Assembly (NCBI GenBank): GCA_963667755.2
Contig: CAXXLK010000001.1
Location: forward strand, 1,501,862 to 1,565,861
DNA: 64,000 nt
DNA from: Desulfobacterales bacterium
GTDB taxonomy: Bacteria; Desulfobacterota; Desulfobacteria; Desulfobacterales; 4572-123
Direction: 5' to 3'
The notes under the pieces were generated by a model. The model was given only the letters and a program-made list of their open reading frames with translations, had not been told where the DNA came from and searched no databases. The translations under genes were made by a program, and so were the position numbers. Of the stretch, positions 55,797 to 64,000 are shown one piece after another (the stretch's first letter is position 1; every line of letters begins with the position of its first letter).

Positions 55797-56225
55797 TTGT
55801 CCAAAATTCACATTTTCAGTCCGGGACAGGAAGACCGTTTGATGCCACTGCTTTCTCAGACAAAGGCCGTTTTTGAGCCGGCGCCTGTTTTTGAAACCCT
55901 GACCCGTGTGGTCATCAAAGACAACAAAGTTTTTGCCCCGGTTGTCCTGGGGTATGGCGATGGGGAAATTGAAACGACACTCCTTTTTGATACCGGTGCG
56001 GGGGGGCTTGTGCTGCACAGTGATGCTGCACAGGCACTAGGGATTAATGATGCCGCCTATTCCAGAGGGTTCGGTGTCGGCGGCATAGAGATCGAAACAA
56101 TGACCACCCGGTTGACCCATGCCAGGGTCGGGCCCCATACAAAAACGGACCTGCGCGTGGATATTGTCGACTATCAGGGAGAGCCCGATCCTTCCTACGA
56201 CGGTTTGCTGGGCATAAATTTTTAA
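55797..56225 (+). CDS. Retropepsin-like (clan AA) aspartic protease domain protein
   Basis: LLFDTGAGGLVLHSDAAQALGI contains the D-T-G-A active-site motif in a retropepsin-like context. There is no convincing independent start or Shine-Dalgarno (TTG 55797 or ATG 55842). Confidence 0.6.
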   Translation: MSKIHIFSPGQEDRLMPLLSQTKAVFEPAPVFETLTRVVIKDNKVFAPVVLGYGDGEIETTLLFDTGAGGLVLHSDAAQALGINDAAYSRGFGVGGIEIETMTTRLTHARVGPHTKTDLRVDIVDYQGEPDPSYDGLLGINF

Positions 56226-56396
56226 AGGGTTTGAGCTACACAATTGATTTTGAAAGACAGGTCATTGTCTGGCACCCCTGACCGGTGTTTTTCCACAGAA
56301 GATTTTTATGAATTTTCTGTTTTAAATCTTTTCAACGCAGCAGGTATCAAATAAATTCGGCAGTATAATGGCAACCAGCGGAGGCAATGGATCAGA

Positions 56397-56978
56397 ATGA
56401 ACCGGTCAATAGAAGCGCCAGCCAGCCAATTGTGTATGTTTGATGACATAAATGATCCGGAAAAAAAGACAGAATGGTCTGAACTGATTGCCGCCTGGGA
56501 AAAAGAAACGGATCTGTCAGTTAAAAAAAAGCTCAAAAAAATAATTATCGCAATGGTTGAAATAAAAGAACGGCAGGCTTTTCTGACCCGCTACCGGCTG
56601 AGAGAATTTGATACATGGAATAAGGTATTGACCGAAGATGAAGGGTCGGTGGCACAGGCCCATAAAGCCGAGTTCTACAAACCCAAGCTTGTCCTGACGA
56701 TCTACGAAAACAATGGCTGCCTTCCGGGCCTTGATGCCATTGCCAAAACGCTTGAAAGGGTCAAGGGGCAATTGTCCCTTGCGGATTACAAATTGACGGC
56801 ATCCAAGCGATTTAGGCATGACACCACCATCCGGGTTTTGGCAAATTCATTGAAAAAGCAGGGCATTTTAAGCAAAGAGAAGCGATTCAAAAACAAATAC
56901 TGGGCCCTGACGGAAAAAGGAACGGCGTATGCCAAAAAAATAGCCGGGCAGGAAGGGGTATGCCAAAATGAATCCTGA
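56397..56978 (+). CDS. Hypothetical protein with C-terminal winged-helix (Mrr_N-like) region
   Basis: 193 aa. ...RHDTTIRVLANSLKKQGILSKEKRFKNKYWALTEKGTAYAKKI resembles the wHTH found at the N-terminus of Mrr-type proteins. I recognised no other motif. Confidence 0.4.
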   Translation: MNRSIEAPASQLCMFDDINDPEKKTEWSELIAAWEKETDLSVKKKLKKIIIAMVEIKERQAFLTRYRLREFDTWNKVLTEDEGSVAQAHKAEFYKPKLVLTIYENNGCLPGLDAIAKTLERVKGQLSLADYKLTASKRFRHDTTIRVLANSLKKQGILSKEKRFKNKYWALTEKGTAYAKKIAGQEGVCQNES

Positions 56979-57001
56979 ACCCCCTGAAAGCCTTAGAAGA
57001 A

Positions 57002-57184
57002 ATGGCTTCGGTTAAGCCGGTAACAGTGGACGACTTCCTGCAGGTCACAGGCGTCGGGGCATCAAAAGCAGAACGGTACAGCGAGGCCTTTCCGGCCTGC
57101 ACCCGGGGTGAGACGGTCGAGCTTTCAATGCAGCTTGAAAAAAGCAAAAACGCCGTATCGGAAACAGCGCCGGTTAAGCTGTAG
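57002..57184 (+). CDS. Short ORF resembling the second half of an HRDC domain (possible recQ-type gene remnant)
   Basis: (LKALEE)MASVKPVTVDDFLQVTGVGASKAERYSEAF resembles the ...P.t...L..i.GvG..K...YG..F part of HRDC domains. No helicase core is present nearby. Confidence 0.3.
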   Translation: MASVKPVTVDDFLQVTGVGASKAERYSEAFPACTRGETVELSMQLEKSKNAVSETAPVKL

Positions 57185-57223
57185 ATGATGGGCCTTGCAG
57201 GGTTTTCTTGATAAAAAACAAGC

Positions 57224-57793
57224 TTATTGGGGAAGCCGTTTTTTTCCGATACCCCTGGCCGCTCCGAGGGGGATGCCGAGCCCGAAGTATTTTTTTTCCG
57301 GAGAGACATAACAGAAGGGCACGGCTTTTTGGGGATCTATGTGCCCTTCGCTTACATATTTCTCATTGGCATATGTTTCAACAACCGCACCGATCACCAG
57401 GTCATCCTGGGGCAGCGAAATGATTTCAGCCACGGTGCATTCCATGCTGATCATGGCTTCCTGTATCATCGGCGCAGAATCCAGTTGACCGTAAAACGGG
57501 GTGAACACATTCGACTTGTCAATCCGTTGACCGGATACCAGTCCGCAATAGTCGGTTTTTTCAATTATCGACGCTTCAGGGATGTTGATACTGAAGGTCT
57601 TGTTTTCCTTTATTCCTCTGACGGTAAAGTGCCCGCTGCCCAGACTGGCGGCTATCATCGGTGGTGAGTTGTTGACCTTTGTGAACCCGGCCGCCGTCAT
57701 GTAGTTGGGCCGGCCGTCAGCCATTACACCGACAAGGACGATCGGTGACGGGTAGTATGCCGATTTAAAATCCAATTTTATATTGCTCATCAT
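57224..57793 (-). CDS. Flavin reductase-like (flavoredoxin-type) FMN-binding protein
   Basis: 189 aa. PSPIVLVGVMADGRPNYMTAAGFTKVNNSPPMIAASL is typical of the Flavin_Reduct family. Confidence 0.65.
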   Translation of the reverse strand: MMSNIKLDFKSAYYPSPIVLVGVMADGRPNYMTAAGFTKVNNSPPMIAASLGSGHFTVRGIKENKTFSINIPEASIIEKTDYCGLVSGQRIDKSNVFTPFYGQLDSAPMIQEAMISMECTVAEIISLPQDDLVIGAVVETYANEKYVSEGHIDPQKAVPFCYVSPEKKYFGLGIPLGAARGIGKKRLPQ

Positions 57794-58104
57794 CTCCTCC
57801 TTTATTCAGCGTCGGGACTAAGGAACCGTTTGGCGGTTTGCAGGCGGTTTTTGGGTCCGAATGCGCTTGTCCTGTATTGTTTTTCAGCGACGGCTGACAA
57901 TCCCGTTCCTGACCTGACCAAACGACAGGGCAATATAAACCGACAATAGAAAAAATTCAATTACGAAGCCGGCTATATCCATCTGGCATGCGCGGTCAAG
58001 ATGAATGCGGCAGCCCTCTGGTAATCGGAAATAGTCAGGTCAAAAGAGATTTTGTGACCTTGCTGAAAAAGGATCGATCCGGTTCAAAGGGAACGGGGCG
58101 CCGG

Positions 58105-59334
58105 TCAATGGGCGGCTGAATATTTTTTCAACACGTCGAGGACATGGTCGATATCGGCCCTGGTATGGTCGGCATTGACCTGGAAGCGGATCTCCTCGTC
58201 CCCTTTGGGCACCACCGGAAAATTCAACCCGGTGGCCAGGACCCCATGATCCTTGAGCCAGTTCACGATTTCGGCGGTTCGCGGCGTATCCCGGACCACC
58301 AGCGGCACCACCGGGTGGTCGCCGGGGATGGTCTCAAAACCCAGATCCACCAGTCCTTTTTCAAACTTGCCGGTCATTTTCTGCAGATGCCCGAGTCGCT
58401 CGAGACCCGCCGGGCTGTTCAGAATTTCCAGGGCCTTGAGAGAGGCGGCGGCTTCGGAACAGGTAATGGGATTGGAATAGATATACATAGGGGCGGTTTC
58501 ACGGAGATATTCGATCAGGGTGGTTGACCCGACCACATAGCCCCCGTTGACCCCGAACGCCTTGCCTAGGGTACCCACCAGAACATCCACCTTTGCGCCG
58601 GTATATTCTTCGGTGCCGCGGCCGGTGGCCCCGAAAGCACCAACGCCGTGGCTATCATCTGCAATGGTGATGACCCCTTCTTCAAACCGGTCCTCGTACT
58701 GGCGGCAGATGGGGACGATCCGGTCAAAGGGTGCGTGGTCCCCCCGCATGCTGAAGATTCCGTCGGTAATCACAAGACAGCGCCGTCCCTTGCCGACAGC
58801 GGCCTGCAGCTTGGCTTCCAGGTCATCCATTTGGTTGTGTTTGTAGATCAGTTTTGCCGCCGGACGGCTCAACCGCATGGCCTGGATGATGCAATTGTGG
58901 TTGAGTTCATCACTGACGATGACGGTTTCCGGGGTTATCAGGGGGAAAATGACCCCCAGGCTGGTCACGTAGGCCGAACTGAAAATCATGCCGGCCTGGC
59001 GTCCGTGAAATTGGGCCAGTTTTTTTTCCAGCTCAATGTGCACCCGATGGGTGCCGCTGATAAAGCGCACTGCACCGGGACCTACACCGTATTCCCGGGC
59101 TGCGGCCTCTTCAGCTGCAATCATCTCCTCGAGCATGGACATGCCCAGATAGGAGTTGGCGTTCATCTTGATGAATTCCCGGTTGCCGCCCCCTTCGATG
59201 AGATATCGCGGTCCTTTGGTCCCCGATGCCCTGATGACCGTTTCAATAACCATCTCGGGTCCTTTGTCCCGTCCACTTGTCCGCAGATCCGCCAGATTTT
59301 TCTGCAATGCAATATCCAGTTTTTCCAATGCCAT
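58105..59334 (-). CDS. PLP-dependent alpha-oxoamine synthase (glycine C-acetyltransferase / 8-amino-7-oxononanoate synthase family)
   Basis: 409 aa. NSYLGMS, DELNHNCII, ADDSHGVGAFG and the PLP-lysine motif GTLGKAFG. Confidence 0.8.
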   Translation of the reverse strand: MALEKLDIALQKNLADLRTSGRDKGPEMVIETVIRASGTKGPRYLIEGGGNREFIKMNANSYLGMSMLEEMIAAEEAAAREYGVGPGAVRFISGTHRVHIELEKKLAQFHGRQAGMIFSSAYVTSLGVIFPLITPETVIVSDELNHNCIIQAMRLSRPAAKLIYKHNQMDDLEAKLQAAVGKGRRCLVITDGIFSMRGDHAPFDRIVPICRQYEDRFEEGVITIADDSHGVGAFGATGRGTEEYTGAKVDVLVGTLGKAFGVNGGYVVGSTTLIEYLRETAPMYIYSNPITCSEAAASLKALEILNSPAGLERLGHLQKMTGKFEKGLVDLGFETIPGDHPVVPLVVRDTPRTAEIVNWLKDHGVLATGLNFPVVPKGDEEIRFQVNADHTRADIDHVLDVLKKYSAAH

Positions 59335-59376
59335 TTTGTGTCTCCCGATTATGACCCAGGTTAATTTTTTATTTAT

Positions 59377-60558
59377 TTATGAAGCCGCCGGCCCGTTGAC
59401 TGCCCCGGCAATCCGAACCAGTGCCTCTTGCAGCATTGCCCGGGGGCAGGCCACATTCAGGCGCATAAAGCCCTTTCCCTCGCCTCCGAAATCAATGCCG
59501 CTGTTCAGGCCCACACGGGCTTTTTCAACCATGAACTTAAAAAGCGCCCCGTCATCCAGGCCCATGGCCCGACAGTCAAGCCAGAGCAGGTAGGAGGCCT
59601 CGGGTTTATGGGTTTTGATCACCGGCAGGTGCTCCTCGATGAAATCAACGGCAAAATCGATGTTTTTCCCCAGATAATCAAGCAATTGTTCAAGCCAGTC
59701 CGACCCATGGTTATAGGCAGCGGCCAGGGCCGGGTAGCTGAAGATATTGCCGCCATGGATATGCAGGGTGGCGAGCATGTTGTCAAAGGCAATTTTATGT
59801 TTTGGGTTTTCGGCAATGATTACCGACGTGGAGAGGCCGGCCATGTTGAAGGTTTTGCTCGGCGCAATACAGGTAATGGTCTGTCGGGCTATTTTTTTGG
59901 ACAGCATCGCCATGGGAATGTGCCGGTGGGGCTTGAAGACCATATCCGAGTGAATTTCATCAGATACGATGACGATGTCATGGGCCAGGCAGATTTCACC
60001 CAGCTGCATGAGCTCTTTGTTTTCCCAGACCCGCCCGGTGGGATTGTGGGGGCTGGAAAGGAGTATCATTTTGACCCGGGAATCGATTTTTTGTTCCAGG
60101 TTGGTAAAATCCATTCGGTATCGGCCGTTTTGACAGGCCAGGGAATTGTTGATCAACTGGCGGCCGTGATTTTTCACCGTGGATATAAATGGCGGATACA
60201 CGGGCAGCTGTGTAATGATCTTGTCCCCCGGTTGTGTCAGGGCCAGAATCAGGGCGCTTAATGCCGGCACGACTCCCGGTGAAAAAGAGATCCAGGAGTT
60301 TTGAATCTCCCATCCGTGTTTTTTTTTGACCCAGTTCCGGGCGGCATCACAAAATGCTGCCGGTAGATGGGCATAGCCATAGATTTCATGGGCCGCCCTT
60401 TCTTTTACGGCCGCCACGACGAAATCCGGTGTTTTAAATTCCATGTCGGCAATCCACATGGGCAGTACATCGTTTGTTCCGAAAAGCTGTTCCCTGAAAT
60501 CATACTTGAAACAATGGCTGCCTTCACGATGGACAATTTCATCAAAGTTGTATTTCAT
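59377..60558 (-). CDS. MalY/PatB-family cystathionine beta-lyase-type aminotransferase
   Basis: 393 aa. The N-terminus MKYNFDEIVHREGSHCFKYD...VLPMWIADMEFKTP and SPHNPTGRVW / APSKTFN motifs are present. Confidence 0.8.
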   Translation of the reverse strand: MKYNFDEIVHREGSHCFKYDFREQLFGTNDVLPMWIADMEFKTPDFVVAAVKERAAHEIYGYAHLPAAFCDAARNWVKKKHGWEIQNSWISFSPGVVPALSALILALTQPGDKIITQLPVYPPFISTVKNHGRQLINNSLACQNGRYRMDFTNLEQKIDSRVKMILLSSPHNPTGRVWENKELMQLGEICLAHDIVIVSDEIHSDMVFKPHRHIPMAMLSKKIARQTITCIAPSKTFNMAGLSTSVIIAENPKHKIAFDNMLATLHIHGGNIFSYPALAAAYNHGSDWLEQLLDYLGKNIDFAVDFIEEHLPVIKTHKPEASYLLWLDCRAMGLDDGALFKFMVEKARVGLNSGIDFGGEGKGFMRLNVACPRAMLQEALVRIAGAVNGPAAS

Positions 60559-60726
60559 TTGTTATCTGTCCTCTGGGTATTTGCAACCCTGTTTTAAAGA
60601 TCCGAAGCCGTAATTAAAAAAATAACCCTATGCCCTGGCAGGCAAAAAATCAAATGTTTTTGATTGACTTGCGCCTGCCTGCCATTATACGGACTGCTCT
60701 TGCAATGACTTAAAAAAAGGATTCCC

Positions 60727-61092
60727 ATGCCTGACCTATCTCTCTATGAGGCGATTCTCGACAGCATCCACCATCGCCTTGTGTTTGTGGACACCGATCA
60801 CATTATCCGATACCTGAACCGGGCCGCTAAAAACTGGTTTTACCAAAAGCGCGGCTATAGCGACCTTGTGGGAAAATGTCTGTTTGATTGTCATCAGGTT
60901 GCTTCGCGGGAAAAGCTCCTCGGGCTTTACCATCGATTGGAGCAGGGTGAAAATGAGGTGTTTGTGAAGGTTACCCCGGAAAATGAAAAGGCCTCCATGG
61001 TGGCTGTGCGTGATCCGGCCGGTCATCTGATCGGTTATTTTGAGCGGTTTGAGCGCCTTGCACCAGAGATTCCTGCCGGCCGGAATGGTTAA
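60727..61092 (+). CDS. Stand-alone PAS-domain protein
   Basis: 121 aa. LYEAILDSIHHRLVFVDTDHIIRYLNRAAKNWF is a PAS N-cap / beta-strand pattern. Confidence 0.55.
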   Translation: MPDLSLYEAILDSIHHRLVFVDTDHIIRYLNRAAKNWFYQKRGYSDLVGKCLFDCHQVASREKLLGLYHRLEQGENEVFVKVTPENEKASMVAVRDPAGHLIGYFERFERLAPEIPAGRNG

Positions 61093-61094
61093 TA

Positions 61095-62678
61095 ATGAGT
61101 AAGGACAGCAGAGAAAACATTTTTTTGGCGTTGGCCGGTGGCCTGCTGCTGGGCATCCCCTGGGCTGCTTCACCTTTGTTTTTTTTAATTTTTATTGCCT
61201 GGGTGCCCCTTTTCGTCCTGGAACAAAAAGTAAGGCATCATCCAAACCCCTATCTCCTGTTCAACTATGCCCTGGCCGGTTTTTTGCTGTGGAATATCCT
61301 GGGAACATGGTGGGTGTCCCGGGCACACCTGGTGGGCGCCATTCTCATTATGGTGGCGAATTCCCTTATCCAGGCCCTTATATTCTGGGGAGCCAGTCGT
61401 GTCCGGGTGACCTTAAAGGTCCCCCGGCTGGTTCCGTTTCTGCTTTTCTGGATGGGGTATGAGTATTTCCATCTGTCCTGGGATCTGGCATGGCCCTGGC
61501 TTAACCTGGGCAATGCCCTGGCCACGGCGCCAAAGCTGATTCAATGGTATGCGTATACCGGTGTTCGTGGCGGGAGCCTCTGGATTATACTGATCAATGT
61601 TGCCGTCTGGAAGGCACTTGATCTCTATTGGAAAAAAAGAACAGGTGTCTTGTTGCCGGCTGCGGCGGCATTACTTCTTTTTTTTGTTCCCAGCTTTATT
61701 TCCTGGCAGCTGTTGCAAAATATTGAAGATGGTAGCGAAACCGTCTTTTTTGCCCTGATTCAACCCAATCTGGATCCGTATACGGAAAAATTTGTACCGG
61801 AAAGGCAGGCCCGGCATCTGGAGACGTTTTTCAAGACAGCCGATGCCCTTTGTGATGACCAGACCCAGTACCTGCTGGGTCCCGAAACCCTCATCGTGGC
61901 GCAGATTGATGAGGAAGATCCCCTGGCATCCCCGCACTATCGGCAGTTATTGGATTTTCAGAAAAAATACCCGAAACTCAATATTCTGCTGGGGATACAC
62001 AGCTACCGGCGGCTGGATGCGAAAGACCGCCCCCCGGACAGTCGTTTCAACCCGGAGAAGAATTTTTATTATGAAGCGTTTAATACGGCCCTTTTCCTGG
62101 CGCCTGGCGCCCCCCCTCAATTTTACCACAAAACCCGTCTGGTCCCTTTGTTCGAGCGCATGCCGTTTGTCCGGTATCTCGGCTTTCTGGGGAAATACGC
62201 CCTGGAGCTTGGCGGGTATATTGGCACCTATAGTCCCCGTCAGACAAGCCGCGTATTTCAATTGCCCGGCAATTCGATTCGTATCCTGCCCATTGTCTGT
62301 TTTGAATCGGTATTCGGCCCTTACTGCGCAAACCGTCTGCCATCCGAGAAAGGGTTTATCTGCATGATCACAAATGACGGATGGTGGAAAAATACACCGG
62401 GGTATCAACATCATTTCAATTTCAGCCCGGTTCGGGCCATTGAATGCCGACGGGATATGATCCGGGTGGCCAACACCGGAATTTCCGCTGTTATCGATGC
62501 GAAAGGAAGGGTGATCGCCCGGACCCCCTGGTGGGAAAAGGCAACCCTCAAAGGGAAGATTCATCTTCGCAAGGGCCGGACTTTTTTTGCCGTCCATGGC
62601 GACTATATCGGGCGGATATCTCTGATATCAGGGCTCTTATTGCTTCTGGCGGCAGGCATCAAAAAACGGTCAAAATGA
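61095..62678 (+). CDS. lnt: Apolipoprotein N-acyltransferase
   Basis: 527 aa. Multi-TM N-terminal half and a C-N hydrolase domain with CFESVF and ITNDGWW motifs. Confidence 0.88.
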   Translation: MSKDSRENIFLALAGGLLLGIPWAASPLFFLIFIAWVPLFVLEQKVRHHPNPYLLFNYALAGFLLWNILGTWWVSRAHLVGAILIMVANSLIQALIFWGASRVRVTLKVPRLVPFLLFWMGYEYFHLSWDLAWPWLNLGNALATAPKLIQWYAYTGVRGGSLWIILINVAVWKALDLYWKKRTGVLLPAAAALLLFFVPSFISWQLLQNIEDGSETVFFALIQPNLDPYTEKFVPERQARHLETFFKTADALCDDQTQYLLGPETLIVAQIDEEDPLASPHYRQLLDFQKKYPKLNILLGIHSYRRLDAKDRPPDSRFNPEKNFYYEAFNTALFLAPGAPPQFYHKTRLVPLFERMPFVRYLGFLGKYALELGGYIGTYSPRQTSRVFQLPGNSIRILPIVCFESVFGPYCANRLPSEKGFICMITNDGWWKNTPGYQHHFNFSPVRAIECRRDMIRVANTGISAVIDAKGRVIARTPWWEKATLKGKIHLRKGRTFFAVHGDYIGRISLISGLLLLLAAGIKKRSK

Positions 62679-62693
62679 AAGCATCCCGGGAAA

Positions 62694-62955
62694 CCCATAC
62701 AAAACAGCGAGGAACCAAAAATAACAATAATCAAAAGACAAATTCCAAACAAATCACAATGATTAAAATTCCGAATTCCGAAATAAGGAAAAATCAAAAT
62801 GAACACCAACCCAAGACGATATGGGGTTAATCAAATGGCCTTTGATCTTGTTTGACCCAGTTTTAAGATCAGGTGGATATTATTGTTTAGAATTTGTTGT
62901 ATTTTGTGATTTGTGGCGTAAGCCTTTTCAATAGTACGGTTTAGCCAGGTTAGGG
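62694..62955 (+). repeat. Repeat cluster: family-2 right arm (62694-62715) followed by composite repeat modules 4+3 (62716-62955)
   Basis: CCCATACAAAACAGCGAGGAAC comes first. 62716-62790 is the reverse complement of 4015-4085. CAAGACGATATGGGGTTAATCAAATGGCC...CCAGGTTAGGGA matches 17203-17310. Confidence 0.8.
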
Positions 62956-62956
62956 A

Positions 62957-63751
62957 TTACCTGGCCAGTAGGACTTCATCATTTTCAAACGCTTCCCGGC
63001 GGATGTCACTGAACATGGATATGAGTTTCATGGTGGTCAGTTTTTCTTTTTCAGCCCCCTCGATATCGATGATAATCTCCCCGTTGTCCATCATGAGAAG
63101 ACGGTTGCCATAGGCGATGGCATGCTTCATATTGTGGGTGATCATAAGTGTTGTCAGGGATTGCTCTTCGATGAATTTTTTTGTCAGGTCCATGACAATG
63201 GCACCGTTGCGGGGATCCAGGGCCGCGGTGTGTTCATCTAAAAGAACGATTTCAGGATTTGACAGCACGGTCATGAGCAGCGTCAGGGCCTGCCGCTGGC
63301 CACCGGAGAGCATGCTGACGTTTTCTTTCATCCGTTTTTCCAGACCCATATCCAGCCGGAGCAGTTTTTTTTTGAAATCCGCCCTCATTTTTTTGTTCAA
63401 ACTGATCTTGAGCCCTTTAAACCCTTTTTTGCGGGTGATCATCATATTGTCTTCCAGGGTCATTCCCGAGGCCGTTCCCAGAAGGGGATCCTGAAATATC
63501 CGGCCGATATATCCGGCCCGCTTATATTCGGGGACTTTTGTGACATTCTTTTCATGAATGAAAATATCGCCGGAACTGGGAAATATGTTTCCCGACAACA
63601 GATTGAACAAGGTGGTTTTGCCGGCTCCGTTGCTGCCGACAATGGTAATGAAATCATTTTTTTGGACGGTCAGGTTGATGTTTTTAATGATGTGGGCCGC
63701 ATTGGGGGTGTTCTCATTGAATATCTTGTTGATGTTTTGAAGACGGATCAT
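62957..63751 (-). CDS. ABC transporter ATP-binding protein (COG1101-like, uncharacterised substrate)
   Basis: Walker A GSNGAGKTT, signature LSGGQRQ, Walker B VLLDEHTAALD. Confidence 0.85.
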   Translation of the reverse strand: MIRLQNINKIFNENTPNAAHIIKNINLTVQKNDFITIVGSNGAGKTTLFNLLSGNIFPSSGDIFIHEKNVTKVPEYKRAGYIGRIFQDPLLGTASGMTLEDNMMITRKKGFKGLKISLNKKMRADFKKKLLRLDMGLEKRMKENVSMLSGGQRQALTLLMTVLSNPEIVLLDEHTAALDPRNGAIVMDLTKKFIEEQSLTTLMITHNMKHAIAYGNRLLMMDNGEIIIDIEGAEKEKLTTMKLISMFSDIRREAFENDEVLLAR

Positions 63752-63757
63752 ATTGGT

Positions 63758-64000
63758 TTATCGGCCCATGGTTTTATAATTTGTCACCATCAGGGAACAG
63801 ATGATGAGAATGCCGGAAATCAGTTTTAGATCATTGGGGGTCATGTTGATATAGTACCCGTAATACCGGCCCAGATACATGATGGCCTTGTAAAGAATGG
63901 CGCCTAAAATAACCCTTAACGTGAGAAGGGAGATCCGGTTGGTTTTCAGTATGAATTCACCCAGCATCACCGAGGCAAGTCCTGAGATGACAATTCCCTG
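63758..64000 (-). CDS. ABC transporter permease, 3' part only (gene continues beyond the window)
   Basis: The minus-strand frame is open to the window edge. The product is a hydrophobic C-terminus (...LLTLRVILGAILYKAIMYLG...LISGILIICSLMV). It lies immediately upstream of the ATPase gene. Confidence 0.6.
   Translation of the reverse strand, partial: QGIVISGLASVMLGEFILKTNRISLLTLRVILGAILYKAIMYLGRYYGYYINMTPNDLKLISGILIICSLMVTNYKTMGR

Noticed and set aside
58648-60261. Plus-strand ORFs 58648..59364 and 59428..60261
   Set aside because: Antisense to the alpha-oxoamine synthase and MalY/PatB genes, which carry clear PLP-enzyme motifs.
61947-62597. 216-aa minus-strand ORF
   Set aside because: Antisense to lnt.
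1-64000. Scan for tRNA, rRNA, CRISPR arrays, transposases, integrases, toxin-antitoxin or known defence genes
   Set aside because: I found no T-loop or acceptor-type tRNA signatures, no rRNA-like conserved blocks, no repeat-spacer arrays, and no proteins with transposase, integrase, restriction or Cas motifs by eye. Absence should be confirmed with tRNAscan-SE, Infernal, and DefenseFinder or PADLOC.

Overview
This 64-kb chromosomal window has moderate GC and dense coding. By inference it comes from a sulfate-reducing Desulfobacterota genome (Desulfobacterales-like), because it carries a complete Hmc-type 16-heme cytochrome redox complex. I support about 55 protein genes. In order they are: a TonB-dependent receptor plus a BtuF-CbiZ fusion (corrinoid uptake and salvage); a Yej/Opp-type peptide ABC importer; a PHP phosphoesterase; hmcABCDEF, including a 47-aa hmcD below the ORF-track cutoff, followed by Usp, a response regulator, a histidine kinase and Rrf2; a long aromatic amino acid operon (class I-alpha DAHP synthase, aroB, aroE, aroA, aroK, aroC, tyrA) coupled to an unusual lipoprotein; MscS; an Fe-S protein; sufCD; an orphan 9-heme lipoprotein cytochrome; Nudix, trxB, a flavin reductase, DUF59, a sulfotransferase, surE, a SMUG1-type UDG and RNase HI with a hybrid-binding domain; uvrA; a DUF3786 protein; a second aromatic operon (class I-beta DAHP synthase, pheA); a secreted protein plus retropepsin-like protease pair; kbl/bioF-like and patB/malY-like PLP enzymes; lnt; and part of another ABC transporter. 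I recognised no rRNA, tRNA, CRISPR array, transposase, integrase or obvious defence system.

The most interesting signals are non-coding or sub-threshold:
- Two short leader ORFs rich in Tyr/Phe codons precede the two aromatic operons. Each is followed by a cascade of mutually exclusive hairpins ending in U-tract terminators, which looks like classical ribosome-mediated attenuation.
- At least three families of dispersed intergenic repeats are present. One is a 119-bp MITE-like element with 15-bp terminal inverted repeats; one copy sits inside the hmc operon.
- A lipoprotein carries three nearly identical 72-aa four-cysteine repeats.
- A canonical A AAA AAC slippery heptamer sits exactly at the junction between a secreted-domain ORF and a retropepsin-like protease ORF.
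- Several genes are frameshifted or decayed.

All functional calls rest on motif and family recognition by eye. No searches or folding programs were run.
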